A stretch of DNA of 63,922 nt, filler included, from Craspedostauros australis (GCA_030167865.1; 9 parts of 9 records of this genome joined end to end with filler, not necessarily neighbours in it); one strand, 5' to 3'. Positions 50,601 to 63,805 are shown, numbered from the whole stretch's first letter. Numbers and translations are program-made. The notes: generated by a model not told the origin, from the letters alone.

Positions 50601-51232
50601 ACTGTCGCTGGAGCATGATTGAATTCCGCGAGCAACTCCAACCAGTCCACAGAACGAATACTGGTGACCAGGTACGATCCATAACAGTTTGTGTGTAGTC
50701 GTACATGTTGACAGCTTGACACATGTGGTCAATGTTGGCGCTGCGTGTGCCTCATCAGGGACGGCGAGCTGAACGCTGGGGCAAGGCAACACATTGGAAG
50801 AACAGCAGAGTAGACATACGCATGCCATACTATTATACCATACTACCATACAACACAAGTAATGCAGATTCCCGAGCGATTCGAGCATACCAGCACGATA
50901 TCTCGAAGAGTCCTCACAATTCTGCGGCGCCTTCCCCCAACAACGAGCATCGTTCTGCCAAGCAACCAAGCAGGGCACAACATTGAGCACAACTTCCAGT
51001 CTCCCGATACATCCCATACCTATAATAGCAGCATATTGGTATTCCTAGAGTGCCATCCCATCCTACGGGTACTCATCTCTTCCACAGTATTCTACTCTAT
51101 TTCACTCACACGCCTTCCGCCCATCAATATATGGTGTAGACCGTAGAGTACCATACATAAGTACTCCAAGCACAGACCGACCTCCAAAGCTACTTGCAAG
51201 ATCGTCACTCCCAACGCGACGAGTCGCCCACC

Positions 51233-51527
51233 ATGCCCCAACAAAGCCAAACTTCCGGTCGACGCTGGCCTCTTCTTCCATGCTGTTTGGTGGCTGGAAT
51301 TCTCTGGTTGACGTTCAACTTTGAGGAAATTCACTCGATGGCCAAAACCCAGCAGCAGCGACAACAGCAACGTAGCATCACGACATCGCCGTTGGCGCTG
51401 GTCTCGGACAATCTCCAATCACCGACAACAGCAGGCGCGCCAGCAGCAGGTGCAGCATCTCGCAAACAAATGGGTCCAATCCCTCCCACCGCGATCCTTC
51501 ATCTCGGCCCACGCAAAACGGCAACCA
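51233..51527 (+). CDS. Sulfotransferase-like type II membrane protein, N-terminal fragment
   Basis: Short cytosolic N-terminus, TM helix, stem, then ILHLGPRKTAT (5'-PAPS-binding-loop-like). Truncated by the linker. Confidence 0.6.
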
Positions 51528-52082
51528 NNNNNNNNNNNNNNNNNNNNNNNNNNNNNNNNNNNNNNNNNNNNTTAATTAATTAANNNNNNNNNNNNNNNNN
51601 NNNNNNNNNNNNNNNNNNNNNNNNNNNGAGAAATAGATACACACCTTTGAAGAATCTATTGTGGATGTAGTGTGCTCATGATAGTCGGAACAAACGAGGA
51701 AGTACTGAATGATTGATTTGTACCACAAGAAGAATGACATTGTGTGGGTAGTGGGAGAGTAGAAGGAAGCACAAGTTGGCCATGACAATGAGGAATGTCC
51801 GGACAACACACNNNNNNNNNNNNNNNNNNNNNNNNNNNNNNNNNNNNNNNNNNNNNNNNNNNNNNNNNNNNNNNNNNNNNNNNNNNNNNNNNNNNNNNNN
51901 NNNNNNNNNNNNNNNNNNNNNNNNNNNNNNNNNNNNNNTTGACTTTTGGACTGTAGATTATGGAAGAAACTGTTGTTGCCTTATCATGGGAAATGAAAAA
52001 TTACCGTCTTTCCCCCCCCCCCATGGCGAAAGTATTGGTGTTGATACTTCGAGGCAAACATGCCAAGGGAAGAGGAGCAAAC

Positions 52083-52157
52083 ATGCGCACTTTTGGCGTG
52101 GGGGTCGACCAACTTCAATGCGCACTTTGGGAACGAACGTCGATCAACTTCAATGCG
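52083..52157. repeat. 35-bp-period imperfect tandem duplication
   Basis: ATGCGCACTTT-N10-GTCGAYCAACTTCA occurs at 52083 and 52118, with a partial third copy at 52153. Confidence 0.75.
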
Positions 52158-52958
52158 GGATGCATGGGGAGACTATGTGGATACCGACATCGTCAAGGGG
52201 ATCTTATCGCAGTTATTGTCTACGATGATCCTATACGATCTATCCAAATCAGGACCCACCTTTTCTACCTCACTTCTTGATCTGTCTGAGATCTTTCCTT
52301 ACCTATCCAGATCCTGTTGAAGATTGACGGGGTAGCGAAACAGCAAAGCAAGCCAGCGGTTGCAGACAGACAAGCAGAGAAACGAATGGGCTACGATCTT
52401 TTATAGACGAGACAGGCACAGGATGCGTTGGTGTTGAACTTCCGCCGCTCTCTCTCTCTCTCTGGGCTTCCGGATACCCGCGCGCTCCATGCTTCTGGTC
52501 GCCTTTGTGTCGGGTAGAAGATCGACTTCAAATTACGAGTAGCATGTCGTTTCTCTCGACTCATGCACTGCAAGTGGCGGGCAAAGGCACTCCAGACAGA
52601 ACGCGGAGATACAGAATGCTGCAGCTCTCTCTCTCCATCTCCCTCGTGCATCGCTGAGCGAAATGGCTCCAACAAAAGGTCTGCCACGCACTGTGCACCA
52701 AAGCTCAACGGGATCAACGTCGCCCTCGTACAGATTAAGTTGCGATTACAACTAACCATGTTCTGCACGTCTCTCGGCTGCGCGAGTGTCTGCGAGGAGC
52801 CGCTTTGCGTTCTTCCCTCCAAACACGATGGAGAATTCTGAGGATCGGAAGTACTAGACTAGACTACAGTAGTAGAACCATTGTGAAAATTTGATTGTGA
52901 AGTTGATTTTATGCAGTTAGCGGATAAAGCTGAATGGAAAACGCGTGGATCAGGTGAT

Positions 52959-53555
52959 CTACTGTCTTCGGCTGTGGGTGCGGCCCAGCACGCCCTGCGC
53001 GCCAACTGGTGGCCGCCTGGTTGTCTGGCCAACCTGCTTCGATCGTGATGGTGAGAGGGATCTGCCACCGCCAATCGTCTTCGTGATGGCTTCTGCTTGC
53101 AATCTCGCCTCCTTCTCTTTCTTTGCGAGGCAGCGTCGTCGTTTTCTCTCGGCGTCCATCTCTGCGGCTTCCGGGATACAGGCGGCGTCCTGCTTGCCAA
53201 CCTTCCTCGCTGTCTTGCGACATGCGGCCGACAGTTCGCTGCAGATATCCGCCAGCTTCTGAAGGTCCTTATCTGCTTGCGTGCGCTGGCGGTGTTGCTC
53301 CTCCAGCACGGCGCGGATCACGTCGAGGGTGGCGGTGGATCGCTGCAGGTCGACATCGTCGGATTGTCGCTCCAGGCCTCTGGTGTCGTGTTCGCCTTGT
53401 TGGTCTGCCGCCTGTTGCTCGTTGAGTTCGTCTCTAGAGTACCATCGCTGCTGTCGTTCTTTGTGGTGCAGTCCGCGCAGGGTCTCGATCTCAACGATCG
53501 TGTCGAGCTGGCTGTCGACCTCGTCGGCGAACTTTACGGATCTGGTGGGTGTCAT
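52959..53555 (-). CDS. Diatom-type hypothetical protein (198 aa)
   Basis: Ordered motifs SVKF, WYS..E, RGLE, AVLEEQ..Q and LA..C...S....A...G..D, which I recognise from a large diatom family of unknown function. Confidence 0.75.
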   Translation of the reverse strand: MTPTRSVKFADEVDSQLDTIVEIETLRGLHHKERQQRWYSRDELNEQQAADQQGEHDTRGLERQSDDVDLQRSTATLDVIRAVLEEQHRQRTQADKDLQKLADICSELSAACRKTARKVGKQDAACIPEAAEMDAERKRRRCLAKKEKEARLQAEAITKTIGGGRSLSPSRSKQVGQTTRRPPVGAQGVLGRTHSRRQ

Positions 53556-55415
53556 GGTGATAGTCTTGATGTTGTTGCTAATGCTTTTGCTAGTGCTTTC
53601 GCTTGGTCTTGTTGAGTTGGTTTTGGACTCGAATTTGTTGGAGTTTGGAATTTATGTGAAGGTTGTGATGAAGGTGAAGATGAAGGTGGAGAGGCGAAGA
53701 GAGGCAACGACAAACAAACATTGGCAGCGCATCTTTCACGAGCAAGCTCCTGCGTGAGCGTGGGTAGTCCAGCAAGGGAACCAAGCACGCTGGTAGACAA
53801 AAGCACATCGCGCTTTGTGGAGACATGCCAACCCAGTCCCATTGATGTTCGTGTCTGTGTCCATGGTGGTCTTGGGTTAGGGCTATGCTTGCCTTTGTGT
53901 TTCATGTGTCGGTATGTCTGGAGCGAGACATTTATGACACGCCATTTATTCGATGGACACTGCAATCCGAACCAATGCCACCCATGACATTCTGGAATGA
54001 CTAAGTACATGTCACATTTGACATGAATTGTAATGTCCTGATATTTCTGTCCTGTCGATGGAACTCGCGCCTTTCGTACAGACTGAACCGCTCGCCTTCG
54101 AAGCAAACAATCCATCTATTTCCCTCTTCAACTTCGTCCTTCACACGCTGTCCGGAATCCGATTTTCTCCCTGTACTCGTAAAGTGTGTTTGTACTTCAC
54201 GGATCTTCACCTTGAGCGAATGGACGCTTTCCTTGGGGTTGTTAAGTTGTTGGTCAGCATCAACGCGCGAAAACGTGTGATCGTGAGCGCAAGTGCGTGT
54301 TGGATGCAAAACACGCGAACTAACGTCTTGGGCAATTCCGATCTGAAAAGCGAAATTGAAAGTTGGAGTATTTTACAACATTCTACAGTTTTGTATCGAT
54401 TGTGGAGCACTCCAATCGTGCACACAGACGACGGTTCAATCCAACCAGTCAATAACGACTATTCCGAAGTTACCAAGACGAATTCGTGATGCAATCAAGC
54501 AGGTACTCTACTTTACCACAATGATCCTCAGATGATTGCCCACAAATATGTTCCATCTCATATACAATAAATGGGATACTACTCTATCTCATTCCAAGCC
54601 AGCAAGTGGCTGCAGAAAAAGAGCAAAGGAAGATTGGGACCAACCAAAACAGACATCCAAGCTCACCGAGATACTTTGGATACGTGTACGTACTCTACAC
54701 GCAAGCAGATCTCCCGCTCTGCTCCTCTCCGCAGGGCTCTGGGATCTTCGCCTCTCCCTCGTCGCTACAAGCAGGCACTATTCTGTCATGGGGCGCTGTG
54801 CAGGATTTCTATTCCAGGTGAGTAAAGTTGGAACACTTTCACCATGTTCTCGCTCTCCCTCTCGCTCTCTCTTGACTCGATATGTGCCTCCGGGTTGCTG
54901 GAACATGGTCTCCATTGGCATTCTCTGTTCGCTCCAGTGTACGAGCTACTCATACGTACGTCTGCGAGCATGTGCTGTGAACACATCATGATTCCAGAAA
55001 GATCCTTCGTTCCACCTCATCGATGTGGAGGCGAAAGCAGGTTCTCCACACTGGTGTTGTTGGAACAATCAGGAACAGCTTCTTGTGTCATGTGATCTCG
55101 TCGCAGAACATCGATGATGCTGATCCTGCGAATTCCAGAAACGGACAACAACAAAAATCAAACAAAGGGGAAAAGACAGAAAGATTGCGAACACATCGAA
55201 GATCTCCCAACTCTCCTCACAAAATCAAATCGCAAGGAACAGCAAACCAACAGCCTCTCATAAAACCAACTCATCCAAAACAACAACGTCATCGTCACCT
55301 TCATCATTCCTACCGTCATAAACAACAACAGCAACAACACTAACGAACGCAGCCACCACCGCATACAAACCAAGAACAGCAACGACATAATCAATCCTCG
55401 TACCATTCAATCAAC

Positions 55416-57391
55416 ATGACAACCATCAACGACATCAACATCGACACCGACGCTGCAACCATGCAGGACGTTGAAATTGGCGTGAATGACGACGCCACAA
55501 ACCACAAGCTATCTCATGACAACTCCAACGATGCCCAAACCACCGCGTCTGCGATGTCCATTCGCGGTGATCCATTCGCGGAACGTGACGGCAAGACGCT
55601 CACATGGACCAATGTCGACATGACCTTGGCAGGCAAGGATGGCAAGGACGATCGCATGCTTCTCGAGAAGGTGTGGGGAGAAGTCCCAGTCAAGCAAACC
55701 ACAGCCATCATGGGACCAAGGTACGATTGTATGAAAAGCGGGTTTCTGATGAATCGATTGCATTGATATCGTTGCTCTGTTGGGATGTTTGCAATCGTGT
55801 AATTCCACGCTGTACTGACCGCGTAATCTGCATCAACATACCGAAGCACATTTCTCAACCTCCACCCATTCCACTCTATCCATTCACATCTATCCACCCA
55901 CATCTATCCATTCACATCTATCACCCCAACGACCAACAGTGGAGCCGGCAAGACGTCCCTCCTCAACATCCTGGCCGGAAGAGCCGCCACTGGAGGCGCG
56001 ATCACCATCGATGCTGACGTCCGTCTCAACAACTACACCGTCGACCCTACCGATATCAACGTACGTCAGCAGATCGCCTTCGTGGCGCAGGATGATTCCC
56101 TCCCAGTCACATCGACTCCACGCGAGGCCATCCGCTTCTCCGCCAAGCTGCGTCTTCCACGATCCACCACCGACGAGGAAATCGAGATGCTGACCACCCG
56201 CATGCTCGCCGAGCTCGGTTTGATGGATTGCGCCGACACCATCGTCGGAGGACCGCTCATCAAGGGCATCAGCGGCGGACAGCGCAAGCGAACATCCGTG
56301 GGAGTGGAGCTGGTCACCAAGCCAGCTCTTGTCTTCTTGGACGAGCCGACATCTGGATTGGACAGCTTCTCTGCCGTCCAGCTGTGCCAGGTGCTGAAGA
56401 AGGTCGCCAACGCTGGCGCCAGTGTCCTCTTTACCATCCACCAGCCATCCAGCGAGATATTCAACTCTTTCGACCACCTCATCCTCATGAACAAGGGGCG
56501 CGTCATGTACCAGGGAGCCGTTGATGCAATCCCACAGCACTTCGCGGAACGCAACAGCCCAGTCCCGCAGTACTACAACGTGTCCGACCACATCATGGCG
56601 GTGGCCCAGGCCAAGGACATCAAGCAGCTGGAGAAGGATGGATTCTTCCCCACCGACGAGCGCGACATGGCACCGCCGTTGGATGGACTCAATGAGACTG
56701 GCCGCGACGCCCTTGGTATCACCAATCATTCCACCGGAATGGACGATGACAAGTTCGATGCGCGCCAGGTCGGCATCCTCACGCAGCTCCGCCTTCTGTT
56801 CGGTCGCGAGTTCATCAACCTGAAGCGCGACGTCGGAGCTGTGGGAACACGATACGGTCTCACCATCTTTCTGGGCATCCTCATCGGCGTCATCTTCTGG
56901 GATGTCGGCGCGGAGGATCCTTCCAAGCAAACAAACGTGCAAAGTCGTTGGGGCGCCCTCATCGTCGTCCTGCTCATGGCCATGTTTGGCACGGCTGACG
57001 ATGCGCTGCTCCAGTTCCCTTCCCAACGCCCAGTCTTCCTGCGCGAATACTCCACCAACCATTACAACATCTTCGCCTATTTCCTGTCCCGTCTCACAGT
57101 CGAGGCCGTCCTGACCTTGGGCCAGATCTTCTGCCTGTCCATCATCACCTTCTACATGATCGACTTCCAGATGAGCTTCGGATGGTTCCTCCTCATCAAC
57201 TACGCCTTGGCCATGGTGTCCGCCGCGCTGGCCGTTGCGTTGGGAGCAGCGGTGGAAGATCCGAAGACGGCAACGGAACTGCTGCCCATGCTCTTCGTCC
57301 CGCAGATGCTGTTCGCAGGATTCTTCGTGGCCACTGATCTCATTCCATCGTGGTTGAGATGGGCGCAGTACCTTTGCTCCTTGACTTACGC
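55416..57391 (+). CDS. ABCG-family half ABC transporter, 3'-truncated
   Basis: Exons 55416-55720 and 55940-57391; the intron splits Walker A GPS|GAGKTS. Also ISGGQRKR, FLDEPTSGLDS, TIHQP and TM helices. Cut by the linker. Confidence 0.93.
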
Positions 57392-57894
57392 NNNNNNNNN
57401 NNNNNNNNNNNNNNNNNNNNNNNNNNNNNNNNNNNTTAATTAATTAANNNNNNNNNNNNNNNNNNNNNNNNNNNNNNNNNNNNNNNNNNNNTACTACCTG
57501 AAGCCAAAAGGCAAGCCAAGTGGCTCTCAGCATCATGACAAAGCACAACAAGGGGGAGAGCGGCTGTCCCTGTTGCATGTTGTGTCGACCGTGATTTCGA
57601 TCAGAACAAGTTTGAAGCCTGAGCTATGGCACTACATGGGCCACTCCAGTGTCCACCTGCACCCACACAACGAATTCTCAACAGCAACGGCAGTTCCTGT
57701 TTCTTCCACAAACTCGACATCAAACAAAGATGCCGTGAGACGCTGTGAACTCAATTTCCTCCGGCCCATCTTCTTCCAGCCCACCCCAGATCAGCGCAGC
57801 GTGCTCACAGAATCACTTCAAGCCACGAGCACAGACATCAATCTTGCGCGAAACAACCATTACTACTGCAGATACCGTGACCGGCATTCCCACC

Positions 57895-59106
57895 ATGAGT
57901 ATCTTCTCTGCCGACGAGTGGCAGCAACTGGATGAGTATTCAACACTTTGCACGGATGACGATGAGTTCCTCGCGGCGAGCTGTTCTTTGTTAGAATCCT
58001 GCTTTCCATGTCATGGCGAGCAAAATATTCGCACGCTTGGCAATGAGATTGTTGAAGCCAGATCAGACCTCGGCTCAGACACCAGCAGCGGCTGCAACTG
58101 TGACTTCAGCAGCAGCACTCTCCTTGACGATGATGGCAAGGTGAGTACTTGCGCAATGGCGATGATTCTCCGTAGCCCATGATGACGACTACGACCGCGG
58201 AGATACCTACTAGAATATTCTATAATAGTTCGAATGAAGTTGCAACCGGAACGCCAACAGTGAACCAAACCGCATGTTGATATAGCTCACAATCCATCGT
58301 CGTCTCTCTCGTCATGCTCAGATCGGGAAACCGAACGAGGATACTGACCACAGCAATCCTGCTTGCGCGGCCGCATTTGCGAACGCCGTGATAGGAACAG
58401 ATGCGCAGCAAACCACAAGATTGACCAACGATGACATCTTGAACACATTTAAGGCCCCCGATATCATCGCGCAAGAGCTGCACGCGATGTCACCCGCAGA
58501 ACGCAAGCACATACATGAGGACATCACCGGGAGCTCCGCTCCCTGCGAGGAGATCCCCGAGTTCCTGAGCGCCAAGCTCGACGACATGGAGATGGAGCTG
58601 GTCATGACGACCAGCAACAGGACTGCATACGACATCGCCAAGCAGACGAATCAAGCCTACATCGAAGACAAGGACCTGCGCCTCAAGTTCCTGCGCTGCA
58701 CCTCCTTCGACTCGTACAAAGCCGCGATCCGATTGATCGCCTGGTGCGATGCCAAGCTGCACTTGTTCGGTCCGCATGTGCTAGGCAGAGACGTGCTGCT
58801 GTCCGATCTGTGCCCAGGAGCGGTCGCTCTGCTGGAAGCTGGGAATGTACAACCGCTTCCATGCAAGGATGCGCATGGAAGTCGCGTAATCGTAGCGACA
58901 GAGTTCGTCCCGAGCATGTTCGACACCTTGGCAAATGCCCGGGCCCTGTTTTACGCAGCCATGACGGTTGTAGAAGACGTCGACGCACAGAAGAACGGAG
59001 TAGTGATGGTGCATGCACTGGACAAGATGATGCCGAATGTAACATCAAAACAACGGCTGAACATGTGCATTTGCGCGCAGACCACCACGACCACGCCGGT
59101 GAACGT
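57895..59106 (+). CDS. CRAL-TRIO/SEC14-like diatom family protein, 3'-truncated
   Basis: Exons 57895-58140 and 58322-59106 (GT-AG, phase 0). Motifs AQEL..MS..ER, AYDIA, LRLKFLR...FD...AA.R, K..LFG, GNVQPLP..D..G and QKNGVV. Confidence 0.8.
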
Positions 59107-59249
59107 NNNNNNNNNNNNNNNNNNNNNNNNNNNNNNNNNNNNNNNNNNNNTTAATTAATTAANNNNNNNNNNNNNNNNNNNNNNNNNNNNNNNNNNNNNN
59201 NNNNNNAAGGGATGGGAGCTGTGCAGCCGGAGCCAGCAGATTGCACTTG

Positions 59250-59580
59250 CATCAGGATTCCATTGCTGAGGTTGAAGCAGCTTAGATTGCACACGATGTG
59301 GCTGGCATGGCCAACAAACGTCGTGGCAGCAAAAGGGAATCCAAGTGAAGTCCATCTGACAGGATCTGGGGAGCATATAGTTCCCACATACGTTGGTTGG
59401 CTTAGACGGACCGTATCATGGGAATCGGGAGCGATTCGTGACTGAAAAGAGGGGAGGGCAAGGAAGGTCTGTTCATTGTCGGGTTTGGACAATTACGCGC
59501 CAAAAGTAATTTCAAGCGGCGACACGGGATACCCTAAAAAGGAAAGTAGTCGGTTCTTAGTTGAACTTCAACTCGTTCCT
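59250..59580. mobile_element. Dispersed repeat, copy 2 (homologous to 31650-31993)
   Basis: Same collinear blocks as copy 1. Retains one TTACGCGCCAAAA at 59493-59505. Confidence 0.65.
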
Positions 59581-59583
59581 ATC

Positions 59584-60434
59584 ATGATAGAACACCAGTC
59601 CACACAGGAGCCACTCGCAGCAACATCACCGAGGAAGGAGAAAAAGACTCTCAGGTTCGCGAAGACTGCCACCGAAAGCAAGGCACTGACGTACCTCGAA
59701 GCAATCAACATGGCAGCCTTGGAGACCCCTGATGTAAGTACTGTGCTACAGGACACCACAGCAACAACAGAACACCCGCGATTGGCTGAACCTGGCTGGG
59801 CTGCAAAAGCTGTACAATGAAACGAGCCCATTCGCCCCTGCCTTGTGAACGTGCTGGAAGAGGTTTGCAGAGTGGCACACGCGGATCCGAAGAACAGGCC
59901 AACGGAGTACAAGGGATACCGGCGGTGCCTGGAGACCACGGAAATGAAGACTGACTGGTATGCACGGGTACACGTGAACCCAATGCGAGTGAAGCAGTAC
60001 ATGTCCGCTTCATATCAGCGCACGAAACCGAAGCCCGCGAACATCCGTACCCCGGAAAGTACGATCAAACGAAACGCAACTAACGCAACGAACACATCGA
60101 ACACAAAATTCCCCCACTCCCAACGAACGCAAACAATGCTGATGCAGGAATCGTGCCTGCACAACAAATAAGATCAGAAGAGGAAGAAATTGCGCTGCGA
60201 CAAGAAGAAAACGAAGCCTCGGAGCGAATTGCGTGCGAGACACACACAATGAAGGAAAATACGGAATCTCCTGACTTGGCGGAACAAAATGTGAGGACAC
60301 AATTGTTGGAACGTGTCAGAGCCGCAATGGAGGGACTAAAAAAATACATTAGCCCTGCAATTGACATCGATAATTTGTCTTTTGGCGACACGAATCAAGG
60401 CACCAAGACACCGAATCTGGCCGTAGTGCGCTAG
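59584..60434 (+). pseudogene. Degenerate reading frame downstream of the dispersed repeat, possibly a transposon relic
   Basis: ORF pieces 59584-59820 and 59821-60171 continue in the same frame across a TGA. A charged coiled-coil-like piece (60153-60434) follows in another frame. No family recognised. Confidence 0.35.
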
Positions 60435-60940
60435 TCGTGTCTAGATGAGGGCAAAATCGAGGTGTCCATAAAAATTAAAATAAGACATTAAACCAAAATC
60501 GGCGTCCACTATGATTCTTATGTTTTGTTCTAGTTTATGAATATGTGGGTGTCTGGGTCGAAAGCCCCGTATCTTCCCACCCCCTCAGGACCGACTGCAG
60601 GTCCTGTCACTCAAGTGGGTCCTACGCATCATTCCTGACAAATGCAATGGGACTCGTTTTTTAGTCCTGGGAAATGTGCGGCATAAAATTACGGTAAATG
60701 ACTGTATTTTCCCAGCCNNNNNNNNNNNNNNNNNNNNNNNNNNNNNNNNNNNNNNNNNNNNTTAATTAATTAANNNNNNNNNNNNNNNNNNNNNNNNNNN
60801 NNNNNNNNNNNNNNNNNAGACTAAACAATTCAAAATCGGAACAAACTTGCTGAAACGAAGAACAGCAAAGGGTTAAGTTGGATCGATGTAGTCGGACGCA
60901 AGAGGCCGAGTCCCTAAAGCAGTCTAAAAATCTGCACCTT

Positions 60941-61242
60941 CATGGGTCCATAAAACTTAAAATAAGGTCTAACAGAAAGGTAATTTGTACCAGTATTTGG
61001 TTTTAGAATATGAGGATTATGAATATGCGGTCGGTTTGCATATCCAAGAAAAATGTTGTTGAGTCCCATAACAAAGTGCAGGTCGACTCACTGATCGGGC
61101 TCCTAGTTTGAAATGGACATTCTAACTTTTTGTCTCCTACATCCAAACCAAGCACATATTCATAATCCTAATAATCTTCTTACAAATAATTCACCAATCG
61201 ATTTTTGTATTTAGATCCTATTTTTAGTTTTATGGACCGATG
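60941..61242. mobile_element. MITE-like hairpin element with ~118-bp imperfect inverted repeats; related copy at 60464-60624
   Basis: Arms 60941-61057 and 61124-61242 share GGTCCATAAAACT.AAAATA and AGGATTATGAATATG in inverted orientation. 60464-60624 is collinear with 60946-61105. Confidence 0.7.
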
Positions 61243-62429
61243 GATATGTTCATTCTAGTCGAGTGGATCCAACAGCACAAAACCCTATGTTTGTTGCCGA
61301 AGGTTCGATGAAGTTCTCAAGCTTTTATTGGCAGGTGATCAGTCACAAAGGCGCTCCTGAAGGTGTCGTTCATTTGGTACGCGTTTAATACACGTTGGCA
61401 TGTGCCACACGATTCAACATTCTGTGTGTCCCAACAACACACAAATCGTCGGAAGACATCACATAAAACACATCACACATCCAACATCATCGACATCCTC
61501 TCACAAATTCAAACATCATCGCCACACTTTCCCTCCATTTCACAACTTTCTTCGTCAATGGCATGCGCACTTGCTGTTGCGTTCCATGCTTGTGTCGGAA
61601 TGTGTGTACTCGGATGTGTATGCATCAGTCACACTTGCTTGCCGCCATCTAGACTATTCGGTGGCGGAATCACAACACAAAACTATGACGTCACAGCGAT
61701 ACCATCGCTATACAACGAAGACACCGCGATACTACGACGCCAGGATACCGCAATACCAGCGGATACCACAGTATCCACCACACGTGACGTCACATCGAGA
61801 CCTTAACTACCAGGTCTACAGGAATGAAATATGTTGTGAATATTCCATCAGATTCGATCAATCATCAGATTCAACAAAACCCGAGAACAGAACAACGACG
61901 AGACAACGAGAGAGAGACGACAATGTTGACAATCAAGTCAACATCAACGAGCACCATGAGAGCAATGTGCATGGAGGTGCAAGAGGATTGCACCAAGCAA
62001 TGAGAGCAAGGAAGAGATGGATCAAGAGAGCATCTTGATCATCTCATACCCCACGCTCGCTCACCAACAATCAATAGCAACAACAGTGTTAGACTTGAGG
62101 AATTGGTGGTAACGTAAGGGGAAACGCGTCCTTCTGCAATTGATCAGATTACGAGCGAATAGCTCGACGAGAAACGAAACTAAAGAAGTACCAAGGTACT
62201 GGGTATCAGACAAAAGGTACCACGATACAAGNNNNNNNNNNNNNNNNNNNNNNNNNNNNNNNNNNNNNNNNNNNNTTAATTAATTAANNNNNNNNNNNNN
62301 NNNNNNNNNNNNNNNNNNNNNNNNNNNNNNNACATTCTGGAAGGGGTGCCCCTATCCAAATCAATGATTCGAGTCATGCTGTGCGGAACACATCTCGTTG
62401 CACAGAACTTCGAACATGCGTGCATAGAA

Positions 62430-63805
62430 AATGTCGACCGGAATCCAAACCAACCTGGCGCCCACTTCCGAAACACTCCAAAGGATCTGGTCACGAAGTA
62501 TGAGGTCTTATATCCGTCTGGAAGGTAGTCAAATCTGAGAATCTAGATTTCGAGTGGTGTTGTGGGTGGTCGTACTGTGACCTACGCACAATACTGTGCA
62601 GTAGATTGAGAATTAGTGCCTATAAAATGTCAATCACAATGAAATCCAACCTGGCGGGCACTTACAACACACCCCAAAGTGTCTGGTCACGAAGTATGAG
62701 GTCTCCAGCCCATCAGGAAGGCATCCATATCTGAGAATCTAGATTTGGTGTGGTGCTGTGGGTGGTCGTACGATGGCCTACGCACAATACTGTACAGTAT
62801 CTTGCCCATATGTGCCTATAAAATGTCAATCACAATGAAATCCAACCCGGCGCCCACTTACAACACACCCCAAAGTGTCTGGTCACGAAGTATGAGGCCT
62901 CCAATCCGTCTGGAAGGCATCCATATCTGAGAATCTAGATTTTGTGTGGTGCTGTGGGTGGTCGTACGATGGCCTACGCACAATACTGTACAGTAGCTTG
63001 CCCATATGTGCATATAAAATGTCAATCACCATTAAATCCAACCCGACGCCCACTTACAACACACCCCAAAGTGTCTGGTCACGAAGTATGAGGTCTCCAG
63101 CCCATCAGGAAGGCATCCATATCTGAGAATCTAGATTTCTATTGGTGCCTTGTGAGGCGGCACGATGACCTTGGCATGAGGCGAGACCGACCCATCCACA
63201 CCGATACATTCCTGACCGATTGGAGGCCTCATACTTCGTGACCAGACACTTTGGGGTCTGTTGTAAGTTTCCGCCAGGTTAGATTCGATCGTGATTGACA
63301 TTTTATATGCACATTTTGACAATCTACTGCACAGTATTGTGCGTAGGTCACAGTACGACCACCCACAACACCACACCAAATCTAGATTCCCGGATATGGA
63401 TGCCTTCCAGATGGGCTGGAGACCTCATACTTCGTGACCAGACACTTTGGGGTGTGTTGTAAGTGCCCGCCAGGTTGGATTTGATTGTGATTGACATTTT
63501 ATATGCACATTTTGACAATCTACTGCACAGTATTGTGCGTAGGTCACAGTACGACCACCCACAACACCACACAAAATCTAGATTCTCAGATATGGATGCC
63601 TTCCAGACGGATTGGAGGCCTCATACTTCGTGACCAGACACTTTGGGGTGTGTTGTAAGTGCCCGCCGGGTTAGATTTGATTGTGATTGACATTTTATAT
63701 GCACATTTTGACAATCTACTGCACAGTATTGTGCGTAGGTCACAGTACTACCACCCACAGCACTCGATATCCACAAACTCAGATTTGAATACCTTCCAGA
63801 AGGAT
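62430..63805. repeat. Foldback structure: two opposed arrays of 196-bp tandem units around a ~65-bp spacer
   Basis: GGTCACGAAGTATGAGG at 62489, 62685, 62881 and 63077. Its reverse complement is at 63227, 63423 and 63619. All are spaced 196 bp apart. Spacer about 63139-63202. Confidence 0.93.

Noticed and set aside
62430..63805. CRISPR array
   Set aside because: The units are contiguous 196-bp repeats without unique spacers, there are no cas genes, and the context is eukaryotic.
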